From a plasmid, in the sequence record NZ_CP118109.1: 64,000 bases of DNA. One strand, 5' to 3'. The notes beneath the pieces are model-generated. The model saw only the letters and a program-made list of their open reading frames with translations, made no database searches and was not told the origin of the DNA. This document shows positions 37,556-47,311 of the stretch, one piece after another (the stretch's first letter is position 1; every line of letters starts with the position of its first letter). The position numbers and the translations under genes are program-made.

Positions 37556-37792
37556 TTGAGTAAAGAGAAAAAACTCTTATATAGGGTATATGGTCAAAGC
37601 AATAACACTACAGCAAAGGTGTCAGTTGATAAAGAGATGACACTTGAAGAATGCAAAAGCGCTGCTGCTAATGAAGTCTTTAAAACCACATATCACCAAT
37701 TAGACAAACTTGTTGCTCTGCCAATTGGAACTAAAGATGATTATGATCGAGGAATTATTCTTTTCTGTCCAAGGTGCGGGGGAACCTGTTGA
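37556..37792 (+). CDS. hypothetical protein with C-terminal CPRCGGTC
   Basis: ORF track. Confidence 0.45.
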   Translation: MSKEKKLLYRVYGQSNNTTAKVSVDKEMTLEECKSAAANEVFKTTYHQLDKLVALPIGTKDDYDRGIILFCPRCGGTC

Positions 37793-37881
37793 GGATATGG
37801 GTGCTTCGGAAGCGAATTTTGATTGCTACCAATGTGATGCCAGTATTTATGTAGATATAAGTGTATCCCAGGAGGAGGAGT

Positions 37882-38115
37882 ATGAATGACTTTCTCTTAT
37901 TTTATAACAGCATAAGTCATAATTTTTCCTGGACGCTTGATATTTACCACTCAAGCATAGTGGGCTGGATTATAACCATTGGCTATAAACCTGCACATGA
38001 AATGCATGGCCAAAATGTAATTCATGTTCAGGATGATTGCGATATGCAGCTCTGCTTTGCGAAAGCGCAGATTGCGCTTAAAGAGTGGCTTTGTGAAAAT
38101 AATGGCGGCTATTAA
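37882..38115 (+). CDS. hypothetical protein
   Basis: CAGGAGGAGGAG RBS before ATG 37882. Confidence 0.4.
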   Translation: MNDFLLFYNSISHNFSWTLDIYHSSIVGWIITIGYKPAHEMHGQNVIHVQDDCDMQLCFAKAQIALKEWLCENNGGY

Positions 38116-38127
38116 GGGCGGTGAATT

Positions 38128-38370
38128 ATGAAAGACAAGGACGAAGTGTGCGAAGATCACGGCCGGCTTCGTTGTGATATATGCGCCTATGTTGAAGAAT
38201 TAAGAGAGCGTGCTGAAAAAGCAGAGCGTAAAGAGGAGAAGCTTAAAGAGGCGATAGGGCATGCTATTTCTCAATACCCTCAGTTCGATTCTAGTGCTAT
38301 TTATGGGATAATGATGCACGATTACTTGGTATCTATTATGGCCATTCTATATCCCGAAAATAAGGAGTGA
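38128..38370 (+). CDS. hypothetical protein
   Basis: ORF track. Confidence 0.45.
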   Translation: MKDKDEVCEDHGRLRCDICAYVEELRERAEKAERKEEKLKEAIGHAISQYPQFDSSAIYGIMMHDYLVSIMAILYPENKE

Positions 38371-39050
38371 ATTATATAGTGGCATACAATAACGGCAACG
38401 GAGGAAAACGCTCCAGCTTTGATCCATCTAAATATGAGACTGTTAAACGAAGAAAAGAACGCTTACGTATTGATTATCCCAATTCCATCATTTATCCAAT
38501 GCAAATATCTGGCGTTAACTATGCTAATCATTATGTAGTCTATATTTCCTTAATCTGGCTGGATAAGGAAAAGCGCATCCTTTCACCCGAAGCGGTTACT
38601 GCAGTAACAGAACTATGTAAGTCCGTTACTCCGGATAACGCAGCGATCGTTGCTTCAAGTATTGGTCTGCTCTTAGGTGCAGATTCTATCGGCTATTCTC
38701 TTTCTATCGCCGGTGGTCGCCAAGCGGATCAATATGCTTGGGTAGAAAACTGTGAAGAGTCGGCTAGTGGCCGTGCTTTAGATAATCTTGGCTATCACAG
38801 CGGCAGCGCAAGCCAAGAGGAAATGCAAAAAGTAATTGAGACAGAAAATATAGCAAAAAGACGCATTGATATTGAGAGTCAAATCACGTTTTATTTGCAA
38901 CAAATGTACAATATGGATATCAATGTCCAGAATGTCTTTAACCAATGTGCGAGCGCAGTAGGCCACAGCTTTAATTATCTAACCGAATTGGACATTGATG
39001 AATTGCAAACTGTTCATAAAATCGTTAAGAGCGCCATGCCAGCGGCATAA
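38367..39050 (+). CDS. hypothetical protein
   Basis: ORF track. Confidence 0.5.
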   Translation: MNYIVAYNNGNGGKRSSFDPSKYETVKRRKERLRIDYPNSIIYPMQISGVNYANHYVVYISLIWLDKEKRILSPEAVTAVTELCKSVTPDNAAIVASSIGLLLGADSIGYSLSIAGGRQADQYAWVENCEESASGRALDNLGYHSGSASQEEMQKVIETENIAKRRIDIESQITFYLQQMYNMDINVQNVFNQCASAVGHSFNYLTELDIDELQTVHKIVKSAMPAA

Positions 39051-39137
39051 TTCGACACAATTCGTATATCCTATATCATATGAAATATTGACCTCAGCCT
39101 CATGCTTATTTATAATCATGACTGAGGAGGTGTACAT

Positions 39138-39650
39138 ATGGGTGCACAAGATTTAATGAGAGCGGCCGCGAACGCAAGTGGGCAGAGCCGGCTTCAGCCG
39201 CAAAAACCGAAAATGGGAACTGCAGCAGCTCAGCCACCAACACCTGAGCCAGAACAAGAAGAAAGCAATATTCGAGAGGATATTATTGAAACTGCCCAAT
39301 CTCAGGTTGCAGCAACACGACAGACTGAACAGAGGGTAGTTCGTCCACGTCTTCCTAGGCAAGAGACAAGCACTGCCAAGCATCGGTTTGTTAAGCGTCC
39401 AGAGCTGCCTGACGATCTCTATCGTGAAGTTCCTTCAACCAGCAGTTATCAAATCTATAATAAAGATATTGATAAATTTATTAAAAATTTTTCATCGGAA
39501 AATTCTCAATATCGTGGTGGGGCTAAAATCACCCCTTCTATGCTGATAGAAGCTGTTCTAGATTTCACTTTTTACGATATGGATATCCGACCGGATGGCT
39601 ATATTGATCTCGAAGAGCTACGTGAACATATGCGCAGCAAATTGAAGTAA
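39138..39650 (+). CDS. hypothetical protein with disordered N-terminus
   Basis: TGAGGAGGTG RBS. Confidence 0.5.
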   Translation: MGAQDLMRAAANASGQSRLQPQKPKMGTAAAQPPTPEPEQEESNIREDIIETAQSQVAATRQTEQRVVRPRLPRQETSTAKHRFVKRPELPDDLYREVPSTSSYQIYNKDIDKFIKNFSSENSQYRGGAKITPSMLIEAVLDFTFYDMDIRPDGYIDLEELREHMRSKLK

Positions 39651-39662
39651 AACATTGCATAA

Positions 39663-39676
39663 TGTAAGACGTTACA
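39663..39676. promoter_or_regulatory. dyad motif TGTAAGACGTTACA (copy 6a)
   Basis: Recurring motif family. Confidence 0.5.
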
Positions 39677-39686
39677 TTTTTCTGCC

Positions 39687-39700
39687 TGTAACGTCTTTTA
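39687..39700. promoter_or_regulatory. dyad motif TGTAACGTCTTTTA (copy 6b); TATAAT at 39718-39723
   Basis: Recurring motif family. Confidence 0.45.
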
Positions 39701-39753
39701 TTATGCTCAAAACATGCTATAATAGCTTATGTTACTGAATGGAGGCCCATACT

Positions 39754-40218
39754 ATGGAGCTTATGAAAGCTTATTTATATAATCAATTCCCTTTTCAAAC
39801 TACGGACATTTCTGCAAGAACGATTTCAAACCTGCTGACTTGCAATTGGTTTGAGGATGATCGAAAATCGGCAGCTTATACAATATTGCATCGAAGACTG
39901 TTAATCAGTTCACAGTGGTACAAGATTACATTACGCTTTAAAAAAGAAGGTCCTGAATTATTGTCATTAGATACGCCTGCCCCTTTTATGGTTGTTCTCA
40001 GTGAAGTGAAAGAGGCAGACAATAAAAATTCTCGTTTTGTAGATAAGCAGGTTTATCATTCTAAAACTGTTGGCACTGTATCAGGATACCTTGAGAAAGG
40101 TATACCTGCAGAGCTAATTGATGCAATGATTGAAGAGTTCAGGATCAGTGTGCAATACGGCATTCCTATGGTTGAAATCGCTTCTGCTAATAGTAAACTT
40201 TCAGAAATACCATTTTGA
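39754..40218 (+). CDS. hypothetical protein
   Basis: GGAGG 39741-39745 then ATG 39754. Confidence 0.45.
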   Translation: MELMKAYLYNQFPFQTTDISARTISNLLTCNWFEDDRKSAAYTILHRRLLISSQWYKITLRFKKEGPELLSLDTPAPFMVVLSEVKEADNKNSRFVDKQVYHSKTVGTVSGYLEKGIPAELIDAMIEEFRISVQYGIPMVEIASANSKLSEIPF

Positions 40219-41495
40219 GGAGGAGATTGATTATGAGTTTTCCATCACAAATTAACGCTGCCTTGTCTGGACATACGGCAAGGCGTTTACATAGTTTTCT
40301 TGAGTTCCCTGAAGGCAAGTCAATTACTGCCCTTGATTTTAAAGCTTTTAATGGCAAGACATTAGATGAATTAACTTACTTTGCGAGTGAACGCTACCTA
40401 TATGGCGCCGAAGCAAGTGAGTATATGGCGAAGGAAGCCAGTACTTTCTTTGAAAGAGTTGCCCTTTCTCATTACAAGAGAGAGATGAAGATAAGTAATG
40501 ATGCTTTTTCGCTAGCAGTTGTTGATCCTTATATTCACCCGCAATTCATTGAAGATATCTTTATGTCCTATGATCCTTTTCAAATCCCTGACTTTGAGGC
40601 TGAGATACGGCAGCAACAACAATCGCTTCAATCTACTGCAGATAATTATCTCGATCTGAATCAGCTTGAAATGACGGAGGAAGAAGTTGAAAAGCGCAAA
40701 GTAGATATGGAAGAGCGGATTCAGAAAGCAATCGAAGATAGAAACATTGCATATCGTAAGGCATTACGTGAACAAGAGAAACGTACTTCTGCCTTGCGTG
40801 ATGATAAGCTCCTTTTAACGAATGCTGCTCGTTATTTAAAGCCTGGCGGCATTCTTATCATGCTTACTCCGAAGGAATTTATTGATGCACATATTTCATT
40901 TAAGTTGGCCAACGCCTTTGAAGATATTCAAATTTTCCGCCTGGATGATAGCGAATATGAGAAGCACAGAAAGTGCGTTATTATCGCTAAGAAACGCCTA
41001 AGAACAGAGAAGCAAGATACGCTCCCTTACGAGATCATGCAGACGAAATACAAGCCTTACAAGGATATTCCGGTTATCTCTGTACAAGAGAAACCTCTAT
41101 ATAAAGTTCCTGAAGGAAAGAAAGAAGATGTAGTCAGCTTCCGGATCGGACCGATTACACCAGAAGAAGTTCAACAAGTCATGAGAAAGTCTATGCTCGT
41201 CGAAAACTATGCTGTTCAGCATGGAATAACCCTGGATAATATCACACCAAAACCACCCACGCAGCTGCATAAAGGACATGTATCATTAACCCTTGCAAGT
41301 GGACTGCTAAACGGATATATCGGCACTGGTGCGGATCGCCACTTGGTTAAAGGATCGGTTGTCAAAAAGAATAGTGAGTTTACTGAAGAGGAAGAAACGG
41401 ATCGCGGAACTGAGATTAAGACCGTAGATCGTGAATACTTCCATATCGGAATCAAATATTTAGATCGGCACGGTGATTTTCACAAATTATTATAG
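40215..41495 (+). CDS. hypothetical protein (weak SAM-methyltransferase-like LKPGGILIM motif)
   Basis: ORF track; translationally coupled to downstream giant helicase. Confidence 0.4.
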   Translation: MRRRLIMSFPSQINAALSGHTARRLHSFLEFPEGKSITALDFKAFNGKTLDELTYFASERYLYGAEASEYMAKEASTFFERVALSHYKREMKISNDAFSLAVVDPYIHPQFIEDIFMSYDPFQIPDFEAEIRQQQQSLQSTADNYLDLNQLEMTEEEVEKRKVDMEERIQKAIEDRNIAYRKALREQEKRTSALRDDKLLLTNAARYLKPGGILIMLTPKEFIDAHISFKLANAFEDIQIFRLDDSEYEKHRKCVIIAKKRLRTEKQDTLPYEIMQTKYKPYKDIPVISVQEKPLYKVPEGKKEDVVSFRIGPITPEEVQQVMRKSMLVENYAVQHGITLDNITPKPPTQLHKGHVSLTLASGLLNGYIGTGADRHLVKGSVVKKNSEFTEEEETDRGTEIKTVDREYFHIGIKYLDRHGDFHKLL

Positions 41496-41506
41496 GAGGT
41501 TGTGTC

Positions 41507-44500
41507 ATGGCCACAAGAGTATCGGACAAACTCTTTGAACTCGTCCTGCATAATAAAGGTCGTGGACCTAGAATCAGTACTTTTATTGATTTGATCGTCC
41601 TCGAAAGAATAGGTAGAAGCGCCAATAATATGTATTTGGTTAATACCATGAATGCAGGACCGAAACAAACACTTTTAGCTTATGAGATGAATGAGCATAA
41701 AAGCGGAACGATCTCTCCATTAGGTGAAGGGGTAAGCCGGGATGAAATCATGAACGTCTTTGTTCCAGAGAAAGACTTTTATGACTCATCGGAGCAAAAG
41801 ATTGATGATATCGTTAACACTCTTTATGTAGCAAAAGCTGCCAAGAATGATATCAAGAAGAAGGAAATGCGCATTTTAGAAAACAAGCAACGCGTTGAAT
41901 CAGGCATACAGCCACTAGGGCCACATCCTGAACTTATCTTAGCTTGGGATGGCGATATCTTCTCAGAAGTGTATCGAGTACTGAATGATCGATATAATAC
42001 GCCAATGCTTCCTGAATGGAAGGAAGAGATCGTGCAGGCTTGTTATGATCATGGTCTCCTGACTAACCTTGAAGTAAAGAGCTATGGTAAGGATTATGAT
42101 CTTGAAGCTGCTTTGCTTCGAATCACTGAAGAGAACCTGGAAGCCATTATTTCAGAAGGTATTCGGTCTTATTCCATGCCATTCGCTATTCTGGACGATG
42201 GTCCAACTGAAGAAGAATCTGTACTCAAGAACTGCACGACGTTGGATGTGTATCTCGAGAACTTTGCAGGAGAGCTTGGCCAGCGGATTCAGGAAAACTC
42301 TGTATTGCGCTTTGATCCTACAAAGGAAGAGCATCATCGTTCTTTATATCATGCGAATCTTCATGCAAACACCAAAGGTGTTACCGGATTGTTCCCGCCA
42401 CAAGCAGATGTCGTTATGGGCTGTGCTAATACGATCAAAGACGATGAGGATGACTACGTATTTGTCGTCGGTGAGATGGGATCTGGTAAATCACCAATGG
42501 GCGCCCTAATTCCTTATGTTACTCATGCTATTCGATCAGGCATGGAGAAACCTAAGCCTTATCGTGCACTCGTATTTGTGCCAGCAATAATGGTCGAAAA
42601 ATGGAAGCGGGAGATAGAGGAGCGTATTCCTGATGTGAAAGTATATCAAATCAATAACTGGCGGGATGTACATCGCTTAAGAAATATGCCGTATCGCCCG
42701 ACAGAGATCGAATACTATGTCATGAGTTCTGATGCAGCAAAGCAGACATATCCGATTGAACCGGTTATGGATTTCCGCAAAGGATATGTCAAAAATCATG
42801 ACTATGAAGAAGTCATTGCACAAAAGAGAGCGGGTAAGAAAATCCGCATTCGTATGACCAAAGAAAATTCCTTTAGAAATGGTGCAGCGATAACACGAAC
42901 TGCTATTGGCCCTGAAGCTATGTATTGTCCTCAATGCGGACAGCCGATTAAGAAGACGAAAGAGAAGTACTCTGATGAGCATTACTTCCAGCTTCGCCGC
43001 GGTAAAGACAAATGGGCTTGGAATCAAAACCGTGAAAACTACCGCTGTCGCAATAAAGTCTCAAAAGATGCTCTTCCTAAGCATCAGCGTCTTAAGGGCG
43101 ATTCTCCTGATCAAGAGTGCGGCTTTATTTTTTGGAGTGCTAAGAAGCTCCCTGCTCGCTCTCTCGAGAGAAAGGTATCTCCTGCATGGTATCTGAATAA
43201 ACATCTTCGTCGTGGATTCTTTGAATACTTGATCGCAGATGAGGTTCATGAATACAAGAGTGGAGACTCGGATCGTGCGAATGCCTTCGGTCAGTTGATC
43301 AATCATACAAATAAGCAGATTTTGCTGACAGGTACACTTCTCGGTGGTATGGCAAGAGATATCTTCTATCTTCTGGCTAGACTGGACGCGAAGAAGCTGA
43401 AATTGGAAGGTATTACGTATGATGATGAAAGCCGCTTCGTTGAGAACTATGGCGTATACGAACGTTCTATGACAGAGTTCACCGATGATCGTAAGGGCAA
43501 GAAGAGAAAGAAGCAGTTGCCTGGCGTTTCGCCACTTGTATTCCCGCGCTTCTTAATGAGTAACTGTGCCTTTATCGAGCTGGGTGACCTAGGCTATGCA
43601 CTGCCGCCGTATCGTGAGATTCCAATGTTCATCGAGATGGAAGACGAGCATCGCAGAATGTATGACGAGTTGGAAGAAAACATCATGGATGCGATGGGGC
43701 AAGGCGGGATGAAGCATCTTTCCTCGTATATCACAAAGCTCTATCAGTATGCAGATATGCCATTCAAACACGAGCCGATCACATATCTTGATGAGCATGA
43801 CAAGGTTAAGGAGCTATGTCAGCCGTATAATTTCCCTGAAGATTACACTCCAAGTAAATATTATGCGCTCCAGAGCCTTCTGGAGGAGCAGATCGAGGAA
43901 CGCGGCCGTAAAGTACTTGTCTATGGACGTTTTACTGGCGGAGATAATGGAGTCGATACGTGGCTGTATGAGCGGCTTAAACAGGATGGCTATAATGTTG
44001 GTATCCTACGTTCATCTGGAACCTATGATGGAATGAAGATGCCGAAGCAAGAGGATCGGGAAACCTGGCTGCGTAAGAATATGGAACGCTATGATTGGGA
44101 TGTTCTTGTAACCAACTCTCGTCTGGTCGCTGTTGGTCTTGATCTGCTTATGTTCCCTCATATTCATTTCTATCAAATGGATTACAGTGCTTATAACTAT
44201 ATGCAGGCTTCACGCCGATCTTGGCGGATTAAACAGACTGAGGAAGTTGAAGTTAGTACGTCGGTCTATCGCAATACAATCCAGGCAGATGTGCTAGAAA
44301 GCATTGCGAAGAAGATTGATGCGGCAATGGCTCTGCAAGGCAAGTTCTCTGAAGAGGGTCTTCGTGCAATGGCAGACTCTGGCGATGGCATCAATGCACT
44401 GGCTAAGAAGCTTATGAGTGAAGGAAGACTGGATAATATCAATTCCATTGAAGATCGATGGAAGCGAATCAATGCTTCCTATGAGCAGCTGCAGAACAGC

Positions 44501-44752
44501 TCCTATGAGGGTTATGACTCTTATGAAATGAATCCACTTGGTATTGATAAAGTGCGTGAGATTCAGAAAGGCCTTGTTAATAAGATGCGTATTGATGTGG
44601 CTTCCGGCAAGATTACTCAGAACGATCTAAACAGTTATATGGATCATATCGAAGAAATCTTCCGTGTCGTTGAGGATGTGCGTGAGTATAACAAAGGGCT
44701 TCGTAAGAACGATAGAATCGTGGAAGGACAAGGCGCTTTTGCCTTCTTTTAA
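41507..44752 (+). CDS. large SF2 (DEXH/SNF2-like) helicase with inserted zinc ribbon
   Basis: VVGEMGSGKS (Walker A), LIADEVHEY (DExH), LLTGTLLGG (motif III), QASRRSWR (motif VI), CPQCG...C-x-N-K. Confidence 0.6.
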   Translation: MATRVSDKLFELVLHNKGRGPRISTFIDLIVLERIGRSANNMYLVNTMNAGPKQTLLAYEMNEHKSGTISPLGEGVSRDEIMNVFVPEKDFYDSSEQKIDDIVNTLYVAKAAKNDIKKKEMRILENKQRVESGIQPLGPHPELILAWDGDIFSEVYRVLNDRYNTPMLPEWKEEIVQACYDHGLLTNLEVKSYGKDYDLEAALLRITEENLEAIISEGIRSYSMPFAILDDGPTEEESVLKNCTTLDVYLENFAGELGQRIQENSVLRFDPTKEEHHRSLYHANLHANTKGVTGLFPPQADVVMGCANTIKDDEDDYVFVVGEMGSGKSPMGALIPYVTHAIRSGMEKPKPYRALVFVPAIMVEKWKREIEERIPDVKVYQINNWRDVHRLRNMPYRPTEIEYYVMSSDAAKQTYPIEPVMDFRKGYVKNHDYEEVIAQKRAGKKIRIRMTKENSFRNGAAITRTAIGPEAMYCPQCGQPIKKTKEKYSDEHYFQLRRGKDKWAWNQNRENYRCRNKVSKDALPKHQRLKGDSPDQECGFIFWSAKKLPARSLERKVSPAWYLNKHLRRGFFEYLIADEVHEYKSGDSDRANAFGQLINHTNKQILLTGTLLGGMARDIFYLLARLDAKKLKLEGITYDDESRFVENYGVYERSMTEFTDDRKGKKRKKQLPGVSPLVFPRFLMSNCAFIELGDLGYALPPYREIPMFIEMEDEHRRMYDELEENIMDAMGQGGMKHLSSYITKLYQYADMPFKHEPITYLDEHDKVKELCQPYNFPEDYTPSKYYALQSLLEEQIEERGRKVLVYGRFTGGDNGVDTWLYERLKQDGYNVGILRSSGTYDGMKMPKQEDRETWLRKNMERYDWDVLVTNSRLVAVGLDLLMFPHIHFYQMDYSAYNYMQASRRSWRIKQTEEVEVSTSVYRNTIQADVLESIAKKIDAAMALQGKFSEEGLRAMADSGDGINALAKKLMSEGRLDNINSIEDRWKRINASYEQLQNSSYEGYDSYEMNPLGIDKVREIQKGLVNKMRIDVASGKITQNDLNSYMDHIEEIFRVVEDVREYNKGLRKNDRIVEGQGAFAFF

Positions 44753-44764
44753 TCTATGGACCTA

Positions 44765-44914
44765 ATGCAACATTATCTTGAAAAGAAATACTTGATCGGT
44801 GAAGCATGGATGTGCCGCCTTCGATGTTATGAATGCGGCAGGTCCTACCATTACTTTGAGTATATTAAAAAATATTGCTGTTTTTCATGCTATTCAAAAT
44901 ATGCTGCTGTATAG
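44765..44914 (+). CDS. small FCS/TRASH-type zinc-ribbon protein (49 aa)
   Basis: CYECG-x13-CCFSCYSKY; weak RBS; below ORF-track cutoff. Confidence 0.3.
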   Translation: MQHYLEKKYLIGEAWMCRLRCYECGRSYHYFEYIKKYCCFSCYSKYAAV

Positions 44915-44940
44915 CTAGCAAGCAAAAGGAGAGATATTCT

Positions 44941-45414
44941 ATGTCGGCTGTAAAGATTCCAGAGGGAGCAATACGCTGCTCCGTTTACGAAGCATTTCGT
45001 GCAATGCGAGAAGAAGGAAAAACGATAGTCGCTGTATTGCAAGATGAAGACAATATTAACTACGCTGCTCACTGTTTCTATCCGTGGGAGATCGACAATG
45101 AACGAGGATACAGGTGCTCATTTTCTGAATTATCTGAGTACATTGAAAAAGGTAAATGGCATGTGCTTCAGGAGAAGAGCGCAGCTCCAGACGAGCGCAT
45201 CTATGATCAAGATTATATTAACGTTTATCTTGTCGGAGGCATTGTGGATGGTGTTTCGAAATTTGATACAGAGAAGGAGGCTATGGAAGACATTCGTGAG
45301 CGATATTCTCAAGATCCTTTTGATCCTGACGAAGATGATGCCACAGTATGGAAGCGAGAGCCCGATGGCTCCTATGAGGTCATCCATAATGAAGACGCGG
45401 TGGAGATAGCATAA
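44941..45414 (+). CDS. hypothetical acidic protein
   Basis: AAAGGAGAG RBS; ORF track frame. Confidence 0.45.
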   Translation: MSAVKIPEGAIRCSVYEAFRAMREEGKTIVAVLQDEDNINYAAHCFYPWEIDNERGYRCSFSELSEYIEKGKWHVLQEKSAAPDERIYDQDYINVYLVGGIVDGVSKFDTEKEAMEDIRERYSQDPFDPDEDDATVWKREPDGSYEVIHNEDAVEIA

Positions 45415-45416
45415 AT

Positions 45417-45551
45417 ATGGAAGCCGTTTTAGTAAAGAAATGTTTTCACTGCGATGATGAGATCTCCAGCAATAAACATAAAAACTTTTGCTCGGATTCT
45501 TGCAAATATTTGTATGCTGGCAATGAAGATGGGGAGGAGAGAGAGTGCTGA
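45417..45551 (+). CDS. small FCS/TRASH-type zinc-ribbon protein (44 aa)
   Basis: GGTGGAG RBS; CFHCDDEISSNKHKNFCSDSCKYLY. Confidence 0.35.
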   Translation: MEAVLVKKCFHCDDEISSNKHKNFCSDSCKYLYAGNEDGEEREC

Positions 45552-45778
45552 TGCAGATCAAGGCAAAAAGATGGATCAGAGAGAGATTTAAACCTTGGAT
45601 AAACAAGAATAAGGGGTCTGTGGAAATATGGTTTACAGCCAACAATAAAGCACACGCCCTTGCATTTGAGTGTGCCAAGCCTATATTTTGGTTTCCGAGG
45701 ATAGATAGGAGGCCAAGACTCATCCGATTCGGCTTTCTACTGTTTTCAATAATATATTACAAAAGAACAATCGAATAA
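45545..45778 (+). CDS. hypothetical basic protein
   Basis: ORF track. Confidence 0.35.
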   Translation: MLMQIKAKRWIRERFKPWINKNKGSVEIWFTANNKAHALAFECAKPIFWFPRIDRRPRLIRFGFLLFSIIYYKRTIE

Positions 45779-45791
45779 GGGGGAATCTTGG

Positions 45792-46685
45792 ATGGCAAAA
45801 GCCAAGAAGCGCCAGGACCTGTATCAAATGGATCGTTTTCTTCCGGAGCAGCTCATAAAAGTGCAGTCTAGCATTCAAAGCTATGCTTCAGCGGTAAACG
45901 GTCTTCCAATGAATCATTCGGAGGTATTTGAGAAGAGGGGGTGGCTTTTGCCATTCCTATTCTCCTTCGATGATTTGCTTTGGGGTAGATGGAACTACTG
46001 GCATGAGATATTGCAGAAGAAAACGATCGAAGGCAGTGGGCCAATTCCTCAGATTGAATGGAAAGACCGAGGCAGAGAAGGTGTCGAAGAGACTCAAAAG
46101 ATGCTGCGCACTTGTCTCGATCATCACGAATCAACGATTGATCACTTTGCAGATTGGCTGATGTGGGGTCTAGCGGCTTCACCGGAAGACCAAAAGCTCA
46201 ATATATCACCAGAGCTGAATGAGCATTACTATAGAAAGTTTGATATTTTTTTAGTTCAAAATTATCCGACCGATTACTTGTCTCAGACGCTCTCAGAAGA
46301 AACTGGAAAAGGTTATAAGTCTGGATTGGGCTACTTCCCTACACCATTTAATATAACTTGCATGATGACCAAAATGACCATGGGTGGAGATCCCGAAGAG
46401 GAAAAGCGCCAGACTGTATACGATGGCTGTGTAGGCTGCGGAGCTACCATACTTCCAGCATCTAATCATACTCTTCGAATGTTCGCCCAAGATATCAGCC
46501 AGATTGCTGTTAAGCTCTGCAAGATTCAAATGTATTGGTATGCTCCATGGTATGCTTTCCATCCACAATGGCTTAAGGGCTTTGAGCAAAGCAAAACAAT
46601 TTCTCTTGTTCCTGCATCACCTGGTAAGAAGATTCTCGAAGGACAACTTGCATTTGATTTAGACTGGGCAACCACGCCCGTATAA
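45792..46685 (+). CDS. N6-adenine DNA-methyltransferase-like domain protein (HsdM/N6_Mtase fold) with non-canonical motif IV
   Basis: GLGYFPTP...DGCVGCGATIL matches N-6 DNA methylase G-x-Y/F-x-TP ... D-x-x-C-G-x-G; NPPY replaced by APWY. Confidence 0.45.
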   Translation: MAKAKKRQDLYQMDRFLPEQLIKVQSSIQSYASAVNGLPMNHSEVFEKRGWLLPFLFSFDDLLWGRWNYWHEILQKKTIEGSGPIPQIEWKDRGREGVEETQKMLRTCLDHHESTIDHFADWLMWGLAASPEDQKLNISPELNEHYYRKFDIFLVQNYPTDYLSQTLSEETGKGYKSGLGYFPTPFNITCMMTKMTMGGDPEEEKRQTVYDGCVGCGATILPASNHTLRMFAQDISQIAVKLCKIQMYWYAPWYAFHPQWLKGFEQSKTISLVPASPGKKILEGQLAFDLDWATTPV

Positions 46686-46713
46686 AAAACTAACTTATTG
46701 GAGGAATTTTATT

Positions 46714-47019
46714 ATGCATAACCCTGAATTGGTAGTCCAAAAACTAGAAAAACAATCGGTGATTTCTCAAGATCAACTACAAAATCTAATTGATACATTT
46801 CCATATAACCAAAACGAAGGCTTTGTTCCATTTGCTGCTGCGTCTGATGACTTCTCTCTGTTTGGTTTTATGCGTAGTGAAATTGCAATGAGCGAGCGCG
46901 TTAACGAAGGCATGCTTTCAGCTTTTCAAGAAATGGTTCTACAAGAGGGAGCGAAACTTCCCGCAGGAGCCATTAAGCATATTTCTCCATTTGGCATTCT
47001 AACAAACATCATTGGGTGA
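46714..47019 (+). CDS. hypothetical protein
   Basis: ORF track; GGAGGAA RBS. Confidence 0.45.
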   Translation: MHNPELVVQKLEKQSVISQDQLQNLIDTFPYNQNEGFVPFAAASDDFSLFGFMRSEIAMSERVNEGMLSAFQEMVLQEGAKLPAGAIKHISPFGILTNIIG

Positions 47020-47050
47020 CGGCCGTCTTACGACGGCGAGGGCTTTTTGG
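47020..47050 (+). terminator. intrinsic terminator (GACGGCCGTCTTACGACGGCGAGGGCTTTTTGG)
   Basis: Hairpin + U-tract after stop. Confidence 0.7.
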
Positions 47051-47064
47051 AAATGAGGTGCTTT

Positions 47065-47298
47065 ATGGATAAGAATTACTATTTCCGTTTTATATATAAA
47101 TCAAAGAATTATAGATGGGGGATCTACCTTCACACTCTTTCATATTGGAAGATAAAAAGAAAAGAGATAGATCCGATTCCTCTATTTCGATTGAATGTTG
47201 TTCGTCCTTATAAATATTCGGACGACTCCAATCAGTTTATCGCTATTGGCACCTATATATTTCCCTTTGTTATTCGTAAACTCAAAATGAAAAAATAG
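47065..47298 (+). CDS. hypothetical basic protein
   Basis: ATG after GAGGTG. Confidence 0.35.
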   Translation: MDKNYYFRFIYKSKNYRWGIYLHTLSYWKIKRKEIDPIPLFRLNVVRPYKYSDDSNQFIAIGTYIFPFVIRKLKMKK

Positions 47299-47311
47299 TG
47301 GAGGCGTAGAA

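Noticed and set aside
42084-43306. Several internal ORFs (42084..42509, 42677..43027 -, 42906..43196, 43061..43306 -) inside the 1081-aa helicase gene
   Set aside because: Embedded in a long, motif-bearing helicase ORF; basic/odd composition; rejected as shadow ORFs.
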